Numbered from the stretch's first letter, positions 1-13,472 are shown. The stretch: DNA of 64,000 bases from Macrostomum lignano (GCA_002269645.1 NIVC01001730.1:124001-188000), one strand, 5' to 3'. The notes: generated from the sequence alone by a model not told the origin. Translations and numbers: made by a program.

Positions 1-44
1 AGCCACACGTCTATGGCCTTCACGTAGGACACTCGGGGCAGCTT
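1..44 (-). CDS. Cys-loop ligand-gated anion channel, exon 4 (partial; M2-M3 linker and start of M3)
   Basis: Not in the ORF track. The minus strand reads ccccag|AAG CTG CCC CGA GTG TCC TAC GTG AAG GCC ATA GAC GTG TGG = KLPRVSYVKAIDVW, the canonical post-M2 motif, in phase 0 with exon 3. Confidence 0.93.
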
Positions 45-54
45 CTGGGGTGGG

Positions 55-673
<619 letters not shown>

Positions 674-1477
674 AGGCAGGAGAGGGAGAGAGACGGAAGC
701 CAGCAGGAAAATCTACATGGTATAAATTAGTGCAGTGGCTACAGTATTAACACGCAATGCGTCCCCATGCACCGAGCTTGAGCACTGCTCGGCGAGAGGA
801 TCACAGATCGGGGGGAGGGGACGCGAAGAGAGGAACAGAGGAGAACAAGCTGATCTTCATTTAATTGCTCCAGAGCCGCAATTCCGGTTGCTCCAGTGCA
901 GCCCGCAGTCCAGCCTCTGATGTAGCTAGTCAGCAGCCATTCGGGCCCCGAGCTCGCAGACTGTCCATTCGATCAGCATGCGCTCAGCCTCAGTTTGACA
1001 ATTTTACACGATTAAGGGCTGGAATTGGCATACAAACCCGCGCCTTGCAGCTGAGGGCACCTGAGCAGGCGCATGACTCGGCCTGCTCATTTAGTTTTCA
1101 GAGACCCCAGCTGTGCTCACGCCCGAGGCAAGAGCTGTCTGGTGAATAATTGACAGCATTCACAGATATCGTTGAGCAGCTGCTGGCCAGCAAAAAATTC
1201 ACTTTGTGACTGAAGAATCCAGTGCTCCTATCCAGTCGTAATTCATTGATGAAGCTAGAACAGCTTCTCGGTTTTAGTCGATTTTTGCCTCCTCAACTGA
1301 GCTTCTTCTCCTAGCAACTGCGAGTTATAAAGCTCTGCGAGCATATTAGGGCCAGGCAAATTCTGATCACGTCAGCAGCTCGGGATAATCGGATTAAATT
1401 TTTGCTTAAACTTCAGATGAACCCCAAAAAATGATTGGGGCAGATTCTGGATGGTAAAGAGGTCCCTTTCTTCGCTC

Positions 1478-1985
1478 ACCCGACCTACCCAGCCTATCCA
1501 ACCAACCAACCTACTCAACTTACCCAACCTATCCAACCAACCAACCTACCCAACATGCCAAACCTATCTAACCTACCTAACCTACCCAACATACCCAACC
1601 TACCCAACAGATCACACCTACCCACGCAACCTACGCAACATACTCAACCTACTCAACCTACTCAACCTACCCAACCTACCCAACCTTCCTAACCTACCCA
1701 ACCTACTCAACCTACTTAACCTACTCAGCCTACCCAACCTACCCAACTTACTTAACCTACTCGGCCTACCCAACCTACCCAACCTACTTACTCGGCCTAC
1801 CCAACCTACTCATCCTACCGAACCCATCCAACCCACTCAACCTACCACTCCTGCCCAACCTACTTAACCTACCAACCTACATAGCCTACTAGCCTATATG
1901 TACTTAACTTACCCAGTCAACCCAACCTTACCCAACCCAAACTATCTACCAATCGATCTAGCCTACCCAAGTCCACCTATCCCGA
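1478..1985. repeat. Degenerate ~9-nt CAACCTACC tandem array (intron)
   Basis: Directly visible; produces spurious PTQ/LPN ORFs. Confidence 0.9.
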
Positions 1986-2068
1986 TTAACTAGCTAAAAC
2001 CATCCCCTAGCCACAGCCCAGCATGCACCCAGATCGTACCAATTTGTAAATTACGCAACCTGACCCAC

Positions 2069-2464
2069 CTGCACAGTGGCTGAAGCCTGAGTCATGAGCG
2101 CCAGCACCGACAGCAGTCCCAGGGTAATCCTGGCTGGTACAGCTTTGTAATCAATCCAGAATGAGATCCAGGAGATGGCCACGATCAAAATTGACGGCAA
2201 ATAGGTGTAAATCAGATAGAAGCCAAATTTTCTTTCGAGTTTAAACTCAACAAATAAGCAAGCGAATTGGCCTGTAGTGTTGTACGCCTTGTTGCAGCTG
2301 CCGGCTCGCACTTCGGGTATTTCGAATTCGTTCAGCATCATCTGCTTGTTGAGCGACACCGGGGCCCGGTCGGTCATCCAGACGAATTCCAAGTCGGACA
2401 GGGCGAACCCGTAGCTGCCAATCTCCAGAGGGCACAGTTGCGTGTCCATTGGGAAATTCCATAG
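2069..2464 (-). CDS. Cys-loop ligand-gated anion channel, exon 3 (Cys-loop second half, loops B/C, M1, M2)
   Basis: tttttcag|CTA...GTG CAG|gtgggt. Encodes LWNFPMDTQLC, loop C CNKAYNTTGQFAC, M1 YLPSILIVAISWISFWI and M2 with the PAR anion-selectivity motif. Confidence 0.95.
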
Positions 2465-2552
2465 CTGAAAAAATGAGCGGTGAAAGTTTTTATACAATTG
2501 CTGTTTCTTTCTTGTGTCATACGTAATCCATAACTAGTTAGGAACTCAAGCC

Positions 2553-3230
2553 TCCCTGCCTCTCAAACCCCATTGACTATCAGCCACCACACTCCCTGCC
2601 CCTCAAACCCCATTGACTATCAGCCACCCACTCCCTGCCCCTCAAACCCCATTGACTATCAGCCACCTCACTCCCTGCCCCTCAAACCCCATTGACTATC
2701 AGCCACCTCACTCCCTGCCCCTCAAACCCCATTGACTATCAGCCACCCACTCCCTGCCCCTCAAACCCCATTGACTATCAGCCACCCACTCCCTGCCCCT
2801 CAAACCCCATTGACTATCAGCCACCACACTCCCTGCCCCTCAAACCCCATTGACTATCAGCCACCTCACTCCCTGCCCCTCAAACCCCATTGACTATCAG
2901 CCACCTCACTCCCTGCCCCTCAAACCCCATTGACTATCAGCCACCCACTCCCTGCCCCTCAAACCCCATTGACTATCAGCCACCTCACTCCCTGCCCCTC
3001 AAACCCCATTGACTATCAGCCAACACACTCCCTGCCCCTCAAACCCCATTGACTATCAGCCGCCTCGCTCCCTGCCCCACAAACCCCATTGAATATCAAG
3101 CGCCTCACTCCCTGCCCCTCAAACACCATTAAATAAATATCAAGCGCCTCACTCCCTGCCCCTCAAACCCCATTGAATAGCAAGCGCCTCACTCCCTGCC
3201 CCTCAAACCACATGGACTATCAGCCATCTC
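2553..3230. repeat. ~40-41-bp minisatellite (intron)
   Basis: Unit ctccctgcccctcaaaccccattgactatcagccacctca. Confidence 0.95.
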
Positions 3231-3760
3231 ACCCATTATATTTCTAATTGCAAACAATACTGAGAAAAGTGGACAGCTGGAGAGAAAGTGCATATAGAAC
3301 AGAACCAATCCGTTTGCTTTTGTGTCATGCAAAAGAGTGAGTTGAGATGAGATTAGGCTATGCGATGGAAACACTTTTCAGACACTCTCCAATATAAGTG
3401 TCACAAATATGTCAAGTATTGTACTTAACGGAGAGCAGAGAGACCCACAGAGTCACAATGCAAATTTTCCCACGAACTCTATCAGCCAAATTCTATATTA
3501 ATCCGATTACTGCACGGAAGAGAATGAAAAGACAGTCCCACTGGGACTTGAGTAATGTTTACAAAGCTGCACATTATTTATGTTTTGGGAATTGAGAAGC
3601 CCAGAAGCCCAGAAGCCCAGATGATGTCGCAGATCATCTCGGACTGGGATGCAAAAAATGAGTACCTTATTGTGTCGGATAGCCTGAGATATTTTGGCAA
3701 AATCCCTCACTAGCTGATTGAAGCTGGGTACGTGGGATAACTACTGAACCAATCCAGACA

Positions 3761-4083
3761 GGCGAGTCACTCTGTCCCCTAGAGGTGAGTCACTCTGCCC
3801 CCTACAGGTGAGTCACTCCGTCCCCCTACAAGTGAGTCACTCTGTCCCCCTAAAGATGAGTCACTCTGTCCCCCTACAAGTGAGTCACTCTGTCCCCCTA
3901 CAAGTGAGTCACTCTGTCCCCTACAAGTGAGTCACTCTGTCCCCTACAAGTGAGTCACTCTGTCCCCTACAAGTGAGTCACTCTGCCCCCTACAGGTGAG
4001 TCACTCTGTCCCCCTACAGGTGAGTCACTCTGTCCCCCTACAGGTGAGTCACTCTGTCCCCCTACAGGTGAGTCACTCTGTCC
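3761..4083. repeat. 23-24-bp minisatellite adjacent to the exon 2 donor
   Basis: Unit gtgagtcactctgtcccc(c)taca(a/g), about 14 copies. Confidence 0.95.
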
Positions 4084-4102
4084 CGACCATCCGCGAACTC
4101 AC

Positions 4103-4433
4103 CTGCATCGGACAGGCCAGCCGGACCGTGAGCTTTTGAGAGAAGGTGACCAGCCCATTGGGATCCAGCCAGATCAGGTAGTTAGGCGTGGTGATCTCGT
4201 GCAAAAAGCCGTACTTGGCATTGCGAAAGAACAGATCCGGGATCCATAGCTTCTGCTTGAGATAGCTGAGACTCAAGCTCCTGTTGTAGCCCTTGAACCT
4301 GAGCCTGGGATCGGTCCACTTCTGCCGCAGCAGGATGTCGATGCTGTAGTCCATGTCTATGACGCTGATGCTGCCGAAGCTCTGCACGAACAAGTTAATC
4401 TCTACCCTGGTGGCGGCGCCAGAATAACCGGGC
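4103..4433 (-). CDS. Cys-loop ligand-gated anion channel, exon 2 (extracellular domain)
   Basis: gaag|G CCC...ATG CAG|gtgagt. Encodes RPGY, INLFVQSFGSI, LRQKWTDPRL, WIPDLFF and CPMQ. Completes the phase-2 codon from exon 1 to give YHRP. Confidence 0.95.
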
Positions 4434-4617
4434 CTTCGGGACGGATGGGGATTCGGAAAAGGGGGATTTGAACTGTGTTTATTCAGCACAGGGTCAGGGG
4501 CGGAAATTGTTTATTTTCATAGCTGTCATCTGTCGAGTGGACAGAGAAAGCCATCAGGGTTTTGTCTATCATTACAAAGGGAGAGTACTTGCCTTGGATT
4601 CAAGCTGCATGGATTCT

Positions 4618-4900
4618 TCACAATCCTCATTCACAATCCTCATTCACAATCCTCATTCACAATCCTCATTCACTATCCTCATTCACAATCCTCATTCACA
4701 ATCCTCATTCATAAATCCTCATTCACAATCCTCACTCATAATCCTCATTAACAATCCTCATTCACAATCCTCATTAACAATCCTCATTCACAATCCTCAT
4801 TCACAACAACCTTCATTCACAACCCTCATTCACAAAAACCTTCATTCACAACCCTCAATCACAACCCTCATTCACAACCCTCATTCACAACCCTTATTCA
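4618..4900. repeat. 13-bp tandem array (intron)
   Basis: Unit acaatcctcattc. Confidence 0.9.
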
Positions 4901-5014
4901 CACAATTATTTTCCCTAATTTCTTCCAAAAGTCCTATACGATTCTCATCAAGCACATTACTCAGTCACATACCTTAGTTACATACAGTCAAATCGAATTT
5001 ATTCATACAGTCAC

Positions 5015-5570
5015 ATCCCCAGTCAGAAATTCTCATCCACAGACACAGTCACATCTGTGTCACACCCCCAGTCACACAGTCACATCCCCCAGTCACACAG
5101 TCACATCCCCCAGTCACACAGTCACATCCCCAGTCACACAGTCACATCACCAGTCACACAGTCACATCACCAGTCACACAGTCACATCCCCCAGTCACAC
5201 AGTCACATCACCAGTCACACAGTCACATCCCCCAGTCACACAGTCACATCACCAGTCACACAGTCACATCACCAGTCACACAGTCACATCCCCCAGTCAC
5301 ACAGTCACATCCCCCAGTCACACAGTCACATCCCCCAGTCACACAGTCACATCACCAGTCACACAGTCACATCCCCCAGTCACACAGTCGCATCACCAGT
5401 CACACAGTCACATCCCCCAGTCACACAGTCACATCACCAGTCACACAGTCACATTACCAGTCACACAGTCACATCCCCCAGTCACACAGTCACATCACCA
5501 GTCACAGTCACATCCCCCAGTCACACAGTCACATGCCCCAGTCTCACAGTCACACCCTACAGTCACACAG
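5015..5570. repeat. ~21-bp tandem array (intron)
   Basis: Unit cagtcacacagtcacatc(a/c)c(c). Confidence 0.93.
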
Positions 5571-5674
5571 CTAAGTCAAGTCACATTAGTCAGGCAACAC
5601 CAGCCCCTCACTTCTCCATGTCTCTGTTCCTCATTTCACACCAGTACGATCAGTTGGTCACATCAATTAATTAC

Positions 5675-5862
5675 CTGTGATAATTGTCATAGTTAAACAG
5701 CAGCATGTTGGCAATCTGTTCAATGGTAAGATTGGCACTGATATCCAGAGGTTTGACAAAAATTTGTCGCAGATCCGATTCCGTGTCATCGGCTCCGGCT
5801 TTGCATAGCAACGGCAGCAGCAGCAGCATCGATAACAGCTGGTTCAATTGAACTTTTGGCAT
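5675..5862 (-). CDS. Cys-loop ligand-gated anion channel, exon 1 (signal peptide, N-terminal helix)
   Basis: ATG at 5862, hydrophobic signal peptide LLSMLLLLPLLC, LLFNYDNYH typical of pLGIC N-termini, donor CAC AG|gtaatt. Confidence 0.9.
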
Positions 5863-6309
5863 TCTTTGGATAAAACTTGGGATCTAATTTGTCGAAATGA
5901 ATTTCTTTGCTCGCAGAACCGTTTTGCCTTGACGCGAGTCTCTACGTGGGACTAAAGTTTATTAAGTTCAACTGGGACGGACTGGGCGGCGGGTTGTGGG
6001 GCTGACGGTCGCTCCCTGCTCCTTGTCAGGGATTTCCTGACCCGTCAAATCCTAGATAAGGGGAGAGAGGAAAGGAGGGCAGAGAGGGAGAATGGATGAA
6101 GATGATGACTCTCATTGGATACACGGAGTTGAGGGGCGGTATAGAAATGCTGTTCGCATTAACATACATTTTTCATTTTTTTATAGCGAGTAAATTGTCG
6201 AGGGATACTACTGCAATTGAGTAGCCATTCTGGGTGTAAGAGCTTACATGCCACTTATTTGATACTGCCCAGAAATGGGTTTAATTGGTTTAAAGAAAGG
6301 CGAGACAGA

Positions 6310-6960
6310 AAGTAGACCCAAGGCGTATCAGGGGTAGAGAATATAGAGAGGGGTAGACAAGGAGTAGATTTATAGGTAGAGAATGTAGAGAGGGGTAGAC
6401 AAGGAGTAGATTTATAGGTAGAGAGTGTAGAGAGGGGTAGACAAGGAGTAGATTTATAGGTAGAGAGTGTAAAGAGGGGTAGACAAGGAGTAGATTTATA
6501 GGTAGAGAATGTAGAGAGGGGTAGACAAGGAGTAGATTTATAGGTAGAGAGTGTAAAGAGGGGTAGACAAGGAGTAGATTTATAGGTAGAGAGTGTAAAG
6601 AGGGGTAGACAAGGAGTAGATTTATAGGTAGAGAGTGTAAAGAGGGGTAGACAAGGAGTAGATTTATAGGTAGAGAGTGTAAAGAGGGATAGACAAGGAG
6701 AATATTTATGGGTAAAGAGTGTGAAGAGGGATAGACAAGGAGAATATTTATGGGTAGAGAGTGTGAAGAGGGATAGACAAGGAGAATATTTATGGGTAAA
6801 GAGTGTGAAGAGGGGTAGACAAGGAGTAGACAAGGAGTAGATTTAGGGTAGAGAGTGTAGAGAGGGGTAGACAAGGATTAGATTAAGGGTAGAGAGTGTA
6901 GAGAGGGGTAGACAAGGAGTAGATTTATTGGTAGACAGAAAGTAGAGAGAGGTAGACAAG
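6310..6960. repeat. 42-bp minisatellite
   Basis: Unit gtagagagtgtaaagaggggtagacaaggagtagatttatag. Confidence 0.93.
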
Positions 6961-7403
6961 GAATAAACTTTGCCAGCAACTCCATTCTAAAGTACATAAA
7001 ACGCCCCAGATTTATAACCAATTTAATCACTGAAAACATAATCTGGTAATAAAGATGTTAATGCAAAGCAACGGTAGGAATGCACCAAAATTGATAATCG
7101 CCAAAGCTCTTCAGTGCAGCCAGCGGATAAATTGAATTGCATATTTGCTACAATTTTAGCGCTTAAAAATGATACAAGAGTGCAAGAGAAAAATGTTATT
7201 TCTTATTATGGAGCTGGCCACTTGGACCTCTCTGGGTTTATTCCACTCTGACGAATAGATAACAACAATCGGTACCACTGGACTGAAGGTAGCTCGTGAC
7301 TCAAATGTGATACTTTGCAACTGAAGGTGTCTAAGTAATTAATTAGCATTCTGTTTGTTTACTTGGTGCTACCATTGGGACTTCATTTCTTATAGCTCTG
7401 GGT

Positions 7404-10150
7404 TAGACTAGCAATCCATCCTGTTCCTGCATCCGTGTATTGGCTAGGTGTATTGGCTAGATTAGCAATCCATTCTATTCCTGCACCCGTGTATTGGCTA
7501 GATTAGCAATCCATTCTATTCCTGCATTCCGTGTATTGGCTAGATTAGCAATCCATTCTATTCCTGCATTCGTGTATTGGCTAGATTAGCAATCCATTCT
7601 ATTCCTGCATCCATGTATTGGCTAGATTAGCAATCCATTCTATTCCTGCATCCGTGTATTGGCTAGATTAGCAATCCATTCTATTCCTGCATCCGTGTAT
7701 TGGCTAGATTAGCAATCCATTCTATTCCTGCATTCGTGTATTGGCTAGATTAGCAATCCATTCTATTCCTGCATCCATGTATTGGCTAGATTAGCAATCC
7801 ATTCTATTCCTGCATTCGTGTATTGGCTAGATTAGCAATCCATTCTATTCCTGCACCCGTGTATAGGCTAGATTAGCAATCCATTCTATTCCTGCATTCG
7901 TGTATTGGCTAGATTAGCAATCCATTCTATTCCTGCATCCGTGTATTGGCTAGATTAGCAATCCATTCTATTCCTGCATTCGTGTATTGGCTAGATTAGC
8001 AATCCATTCTATTCCTGCATCCATGTATTGGCTAGATTAGCAATCCATTCTATTCCTGCATCTATGTATTGGCTAGATTAGCAATCCATTCTATTCCTGC
8101 ACCCGTGTATAGGCTAGATTAGCAATCCATTCTATTCCTGCATTCGTGTATTGGCTAGATTAGCAATCCATTCTATTCCTGCATCCGTGTATTGGCTAGA
8201 TTAGCAATCCATTCTATTCCTGCATCCGTGTATTGACTAGATTAGCAATCCATTCTATTCCTGCATCCGTGTATTGGCTAGATTAGCAATCCATTCTATT
8301 CCTGCATCCATGCATTGGCTAGATTAGCAATCCATTCTATTCCTGCATCCGTGTATTGGCTAGATTAGCAATCCATTCTATTCCTGCATCCATGCATTGG
8401 CTAGATTAGCAATCCATTCTATTCCTGCATCCGTGTATTGGCTAGATTAGCAATCCATTCTATTCCTGCATCCATGCATTGGCTAGATTAGCAATCCATT
8501 CTATTCCTGCATCCGTGTATTGGCTAGATTAGCAATCCATTCTATTCCTGCATCCATGCATTGGCTAGATTAGCAATCCATTCTATTCCTGCATCCGTGT
8601 ATTGGCTAGATTAGCAATCCATTCTATTCCTGCATCCGTGTATTGGCTAGATTAGCAATCCAATCTATTCCTGCATCCGTGCATTGGCTAGATTAGCAAT
8701 CCATTCTATTCCTGCATCCATGCATTGGCTAGATTAGCAATCCATTCTATTCCTGCATCCGTGTATTGGCTAGATTAGCAATCCATTCTATTCCTGCATC
8801 CATGCATTGGCTAGATTAGCAATCCATTCTATTCCTGCATCCGTGTATTGGCTAGATTAGCAATCCATTCTATTCCTGCATCCGTGTATTGGCTAGATTA
8901 GCAATCCATTCTATTCCTGCATCCGTGCATTGGCTAGATTAGCAATCCATTCTATTCCTGCATCCATGCATTGGCTAGATTAGCAATCCATTCTATTCCT
9001 GCATCCGTGTATTGGCTAGATTAGCAATCCATTCTATTCCTGCATCCATGCATTGGCTAGATTAGCAATCCATTCTATTCCTGCATCCGTGTATTGGCTA
9101 GATTAGCAATCCATTCTATTCCTGCATCCGTGTATTGGCTAGATTAGCAATCCAATCTATTCCTGCATCCGTGCATTGGCTAGATTAGCAATCCATTCTA
9201 TTCCTGCATCCATGCATTGGCTAGATTAGCAATCCATTCTATTCCTGCATCCGTGTATTGGCTAGATTAGCAATCCATTCTATTCCTGCATCCATGCATT
9301 GGCTAGATTAGCAATCCATTCTATTCCTGCATCCGTGTATTGGCTAGATTAGCAATCCATTCTATTCCTGCATCCGTGTATTGGCTAGATTAGCAATCCA
9401 TTCTATTCCTGCATCCGTGCATTGGCTAGATTAGCAATCCATTCTATTCCTGCATCCATGCATTGGCTAGATTAGCAATCCATTCTATTCCTGCATTCCG
9501 TGTATTGGCTAGATTAGCAATCCATTCTATTCCTGCATCTATGTATTGGCTAGATTAGCAATCCATTCTATTCCTGCATTCCGTGTATTGGCTAGACTAG
9601 CAATCCATTCTATTCCTGCACCCGTGTATTGGCTAGATTAGCAATCCATTCTATTCCTGCATCCGTGTATTGGCTAGATTAGCAATCCATTCTATTCCTG
9701 CATCCATGCATTGGCTAGATTAGCAATCCATTCTATTCCTGCATTCCGTGTATTGGCTAGATTAGCAATCCATTCTATTCCTGCATCCGTGTATTGGCTA
9801 GATTAGCAATCCATTCTATTCCTGCATTCCGTGTATTGGCTACATTAGCAATCCATTCTATTCCTGCATCCATGTATTGGCTAGATTAGCAATCCATTCT
9901 ATTCCTGCATTCCGTGTATTGGCTAGATTAGCAATCCATTCTATTCCTGCATCCATGCATTGGCTAGATTAGCAATCCATTCTATTCCTGCACCCGTGTA
10001 TTGGCTAGATTAGCAATCCATTCTATTCCTGCACCCGTGTATTGGCTAGATTAGCAATCCATTCTATTCCTGCACCCGTGTATTGGCTAGATTAGCAATC
10101 CATTCTATTCCTGCACTCATGCATTGGCTAGATTAGCAATCCATTCTATT
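7404..10150. repeat. 41-bp satellite array, about 67 copies
   Basis: Unit gtgtattggctagattagcaatccattctattcctgcatcc; the same family occurs inverted at 44455-45118. Confidence 0.98.
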
Positions 10151-10345
10151 TTCCGTTTCACTAAGCGCTATTGGTGATTTATAATACCATCTGCTTCTTA
10201 ACAGTAATTTAGTAACACAATAGTTTTTTTATATTTAAATTACAATAATTTTGTAATGTTAAAAGAGTTGAGTCGCAAGTATCAGACTACAGTGGTTTAT
10301 TTACAGCTCATCAGAAGTACAATATGTATTCTCTTTCAGAGTTGA

Positions 10346-11095
10346 TCAGCCAAGGCCGGCAGGCAGCGCCGACTCCAAAACGGCATGCTGGTAGCCGAGC
10401 ACCGACGCGGGCTCTCCATCGGTTGTTGCCTTCAAGTCTCTTAGCAGCTTCTTCGTCGCTGCGTCCACCGCCAGAGCAACCTGGTTAGCGAACTGGCTGT
10501 CCTGCAGCTCCTTGATCGCCGTCTGGACTCTCTGCTCGCCGACGTTGATCTTAAACAGCCTGCGGATGCCGTAAGCCGCTCGGACACCACCGGCAGCTGG
10601 CGGAAATTCGGCCATGCAAACTGAGCAGACTGTTCGAGCTTGGCGAATCACCGCGGCCTTGACAGCCTCCAGTTGGTCGGCATCCTTCGAAGTCCAGCTG
10701 GTTCGATTGAACAGCTCCGGACTTGGCAGGCTGAGTCGGGTCAGTGGTATCAGACTCAACCTTAATAGGCCCCTCGGAGCAGTGGTTTGAAAGAATACGA
10801 ACTCAACTGGCTGGTTGGCACTGTAGCAACAGGGCAGGTCGCCAGTCAGGAAGGCAGACTGGACCAGTTGTCGAGCCTCGCGCGGGGTGGCGACCCGCCT
10901 AGCAGCCAGGCAGTGGGCGCAGCCCTCGCATCCGGCATGCGACAGGGCAAAGTCTCGCTTTTCGACGCAAATTATCGCCGTTATTAGGTAGGACAGCCGG
11001 TTCAAGCGGCTATTCGTAGCTTGAATAGCGGCAGCTTGATGAAGCCATTCAGACTCCTTGTAGCTGGGCGGATTGGCAACGTTTAGCCCCTGCAT
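10346..11095 (-). CDS. Uncharacterised Cys-containing ORF (249 aa), probably a terminal exon of an unidentified gene
   Basis: Non-repetitive, GC-rich 750-nt open frame preceded by an acceptor-like ttctctgttcacag|cgATG; contains CEGCAHC and CSVC motifs. No family recognised with confidence. Confidence 0.55.
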   Translation of the reverse strand: MQGLNVANPPSYKESEWLHQAAAIQATNSRLNRLSYLITAIICVEKRDFALSHAGCEGCAHCLAARRVATPREARQLVQSAFLTGDLPCCYSANQPVEFVFFQTTAPRGLLRLSLIPLTRLSLPSPELFNRTSWTSKDADQLEAVKAAVIRQARTVCSVCMAEFPPAAGGVRAAYGIRRLFKINVGEQRVQTAIKELQDSQFANQVALAVDAATKKLLRDLKATTDGEPASVLGYQHAVLESALPAGLG

Positions 11096-11547
11096 CGCTG
11101 TGAACAGAGAACTGCATGCAGCTGCAATTGGGTTGTTGGGCTTTATTTTTATGGTTGCTGGAAAACTACGGTCTTATTATCAGGAACAAAACTAGTCATT
11201 GACCAAAATAGCGCAGTGGACCGCGGTGTGGAGCGTTGCAGGAATGTTTCCTATTGGCTCCTGCCTCGCTTCATCTCTTTCTCTCTCCCTCTGAAGAAAC
11301 CAAAAACAATTGGTATCCATGTTTGTCCAATGAAATCTGTCTTTTGGAAACATTGGCACAACTATGGAAAAGACGGAATTCTCAAATTGGTTGCTCCAAG
11401 GGACCCCCTTTTTGGGCCATAGACAATGAAAGCAAGTCCTCAATGGCTGGGCTACTTGCTTGCTCCTAGGCTGGATCAAGCCAGGAAAATGCTATAATCG
11501 GTTTTAAAATGGAATATCCCAGCAATCTCATGATGACTTATTTACAC

Positions 11548-11867
11548 TCAGCAATATTGAAAAGTTTCCACCCTAGCGCGCGAAGGGTCAACGTGGATTT
11601 TAGACTCCTGTAAGCTGCTGCTGTCTGCTCCATGTAACTGTTTCCTTCGACCTGTCTGGCGTCTATGATCCAAGTTTTTGTCTATGGCCCAAGTGCGTGT
11701 TGACGAAATCATCAATCGTCTATGGCACAAGTCTGGCGACAAAAACCAGCTTTGAAACTCTACACGGCGCGAAAGTGGAAACTTTTCAATGTTGCCAGTG
11801 TATACTGACTGCACTTTTTTCCCATGGCCAGGATGGTAATCAACGGAGACTGACAGGTTCAGTGTAA
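11548..11867 (-). CDS. Candidate exon of the unidentified gene, downstream of the LINE insertion
   Basis: Acceptor ttaattcag|TT at 11869-11868 is in phase 1 with the donor at 13473. Open frame VTLNLSVSVDYHPGHGKK... The 3' boundary is uncertain. Confidence 0.4.
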
Positions 11868-11908
11868 CTGAATTAACGAAATGGAATAAAACTATAGAAC
11901 TACCTGCT

Positions 11909-13465
11909 TGACTTACTTGACTTAGCTGCAGGGCTGTCCCGGGGGTACACAGCGGGAAGGCGCGAACGCCCATTCCGCTAATCCCTGAACGGCCGACGCG
12001 TCGCTATGGACGAAGGGTTGGCGCCGCCCAGGGAGGTCCCCCAGTGTCGCCAGCAGCTATAGTGCTCTCTGGAAAGGAGAGTTCAGCCCTGCGGGTGGCC
12101 CGGAGGTAGCGCATGAGCTGATTAAAGTTTTTCGGGTTTGCACGCTTCAGTAATAGATGTGTGTGGCCCGAGGTCAGTGAGTCTGGCTCGCGTAAAGGCG
12201 GGACAGATGCTGACGAAATGATCAGCGGTTTCGTCACCTGAGTTACAGAAACTGCAGATGGCGTTGGTGGCGTTGCCCTGCAGGTACTGGTGCCTAGAGA
12301 AGCAGCCGTGACCTGAGAGGGTCATGGTGGCAGCCCGGATGTCTCTGCGCGAGAGGCGCAAGAAGATCTTCCGGAGCTGGTGAGAGGGCTGAGGGACAGC
12401 GCCTCTGGATTGCCTGCAGGTAGTGCAGTTCGCCCAAGTCGAGCGGTGCTGGGTCCTGATCCACGCTTTGATGCGCAAGTCGATGACACAGCCAGGAATT
12501 GGGACAAAGGGTTCGGGACCGAGAGAGGAGCCGGAGGCGCCAACTTTTGCAAGGGCGTCAGCCAACTCATTTCCTCGGATCCCCACATGCCCCGGAACCC
12601 ACTTAAGGGTGATTTTGTTGGCGGAGCCCAACTTGTTGAGGAGTTTGATACAGTCGAGGACTGTATCAGAATACAGCCACTGATGGCGTGCAAGGCAGTT
12701 TGGTTGTCCCAATGGAAAATGATGTTCTTACCGGTTCTTACCGGGTTGCGATGACCCTCCCGTTCAGGAAGATTCCAACACCAAAGCCGGTGTTGGCTGA
12801 CTGCTTTGAACCGTCGGTGTAGCAATGAAGCTCACCGGGGTTCCAGTGGTCATTGATGATATCGCGCGAATCGATAGCTACGGAGTAGCGTTGTCTCAGG
12901 TTGAGCGTTGAGGCAATGCCATCGGTGAAGACGCGATTGGCCTGACACTCGTTGAGAATGTTGAGCCACAGCTGGTCGCTATGCGGGACGAGGTTCCGCT
13001 TAGCAGGTGCCCTCATGTAAAGGAATTTGACCCCGGCATCAAGTAAACGCCGCGTCGTTCTAGCCGCCTCACCCCTGACGAAGAGGTCGAGAGGCGGTAG
13101 ATTAAGAAAGGCCCCCATGCCGGCAAAGGGCGTGGACCTGGTGGCGTTGCAGATAAGCCTACACGCTCTGCCCTGGATCGTGTTGAGCAAATCTGCATGG
13201 CTTTTGACCTGGGTAGCGCTAACCCAGACAACCGAGGCGCACGTAATGGTAGGTCTAACTACGGAAGTGTAGATCCACCAAAGCCGCTTTGGGGAAAGAC
13301 CCCAAGAGGTGCCAAGTGCCCGTCGGAGCTGGGCCAGGATGGCTGAGGCACGCTTGGCTTTTGCTTTCACGTGGAAGGACCAGTTGAGCCGGTGGTCAAG
13401 TATGACCCCGAGACATCTGGTCTGGTGCGCGAAGGCAATATCTCTGCCGTATAGCTGCAGAGGTC
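11909..13465 (-). mobile_element. 5'-truncated non-LTR retrotransposon (LOA/Lian-like; RT C-terminus, RNase H, CCHC knuckle), defective
   Basis: LGVILDHRLNW, WGLSPKRLWWIYTSVVRP, RNase H YTDGSK and WVPGH..GNELADALAK, C-terminal CSFC..H....C. Frame break and internal deletion in RNase H near 12710-12750. Short TAAGTCAAG tail. Flanked by direct repeats GAACTACCTGCT at 11897-11908 and 13466-13477. Confidence 0.9.
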
Positions 13466-13472
13466 GAACTAC

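Noticed and set aside
1435-6874. Repetitive ORFs at 1435-1867, 4468-4977, 5057-5680 and 6255-6874
   Set aside because: They coincide exactly with tandem arrays in introns or flanks of the channel gene.
7404-10150. Regular 41-bp array as a possible CRISPR array
   Set aside because: Units are head-to-tail with no unique spacers, there are no cas genes, and the context is eukaryotic.
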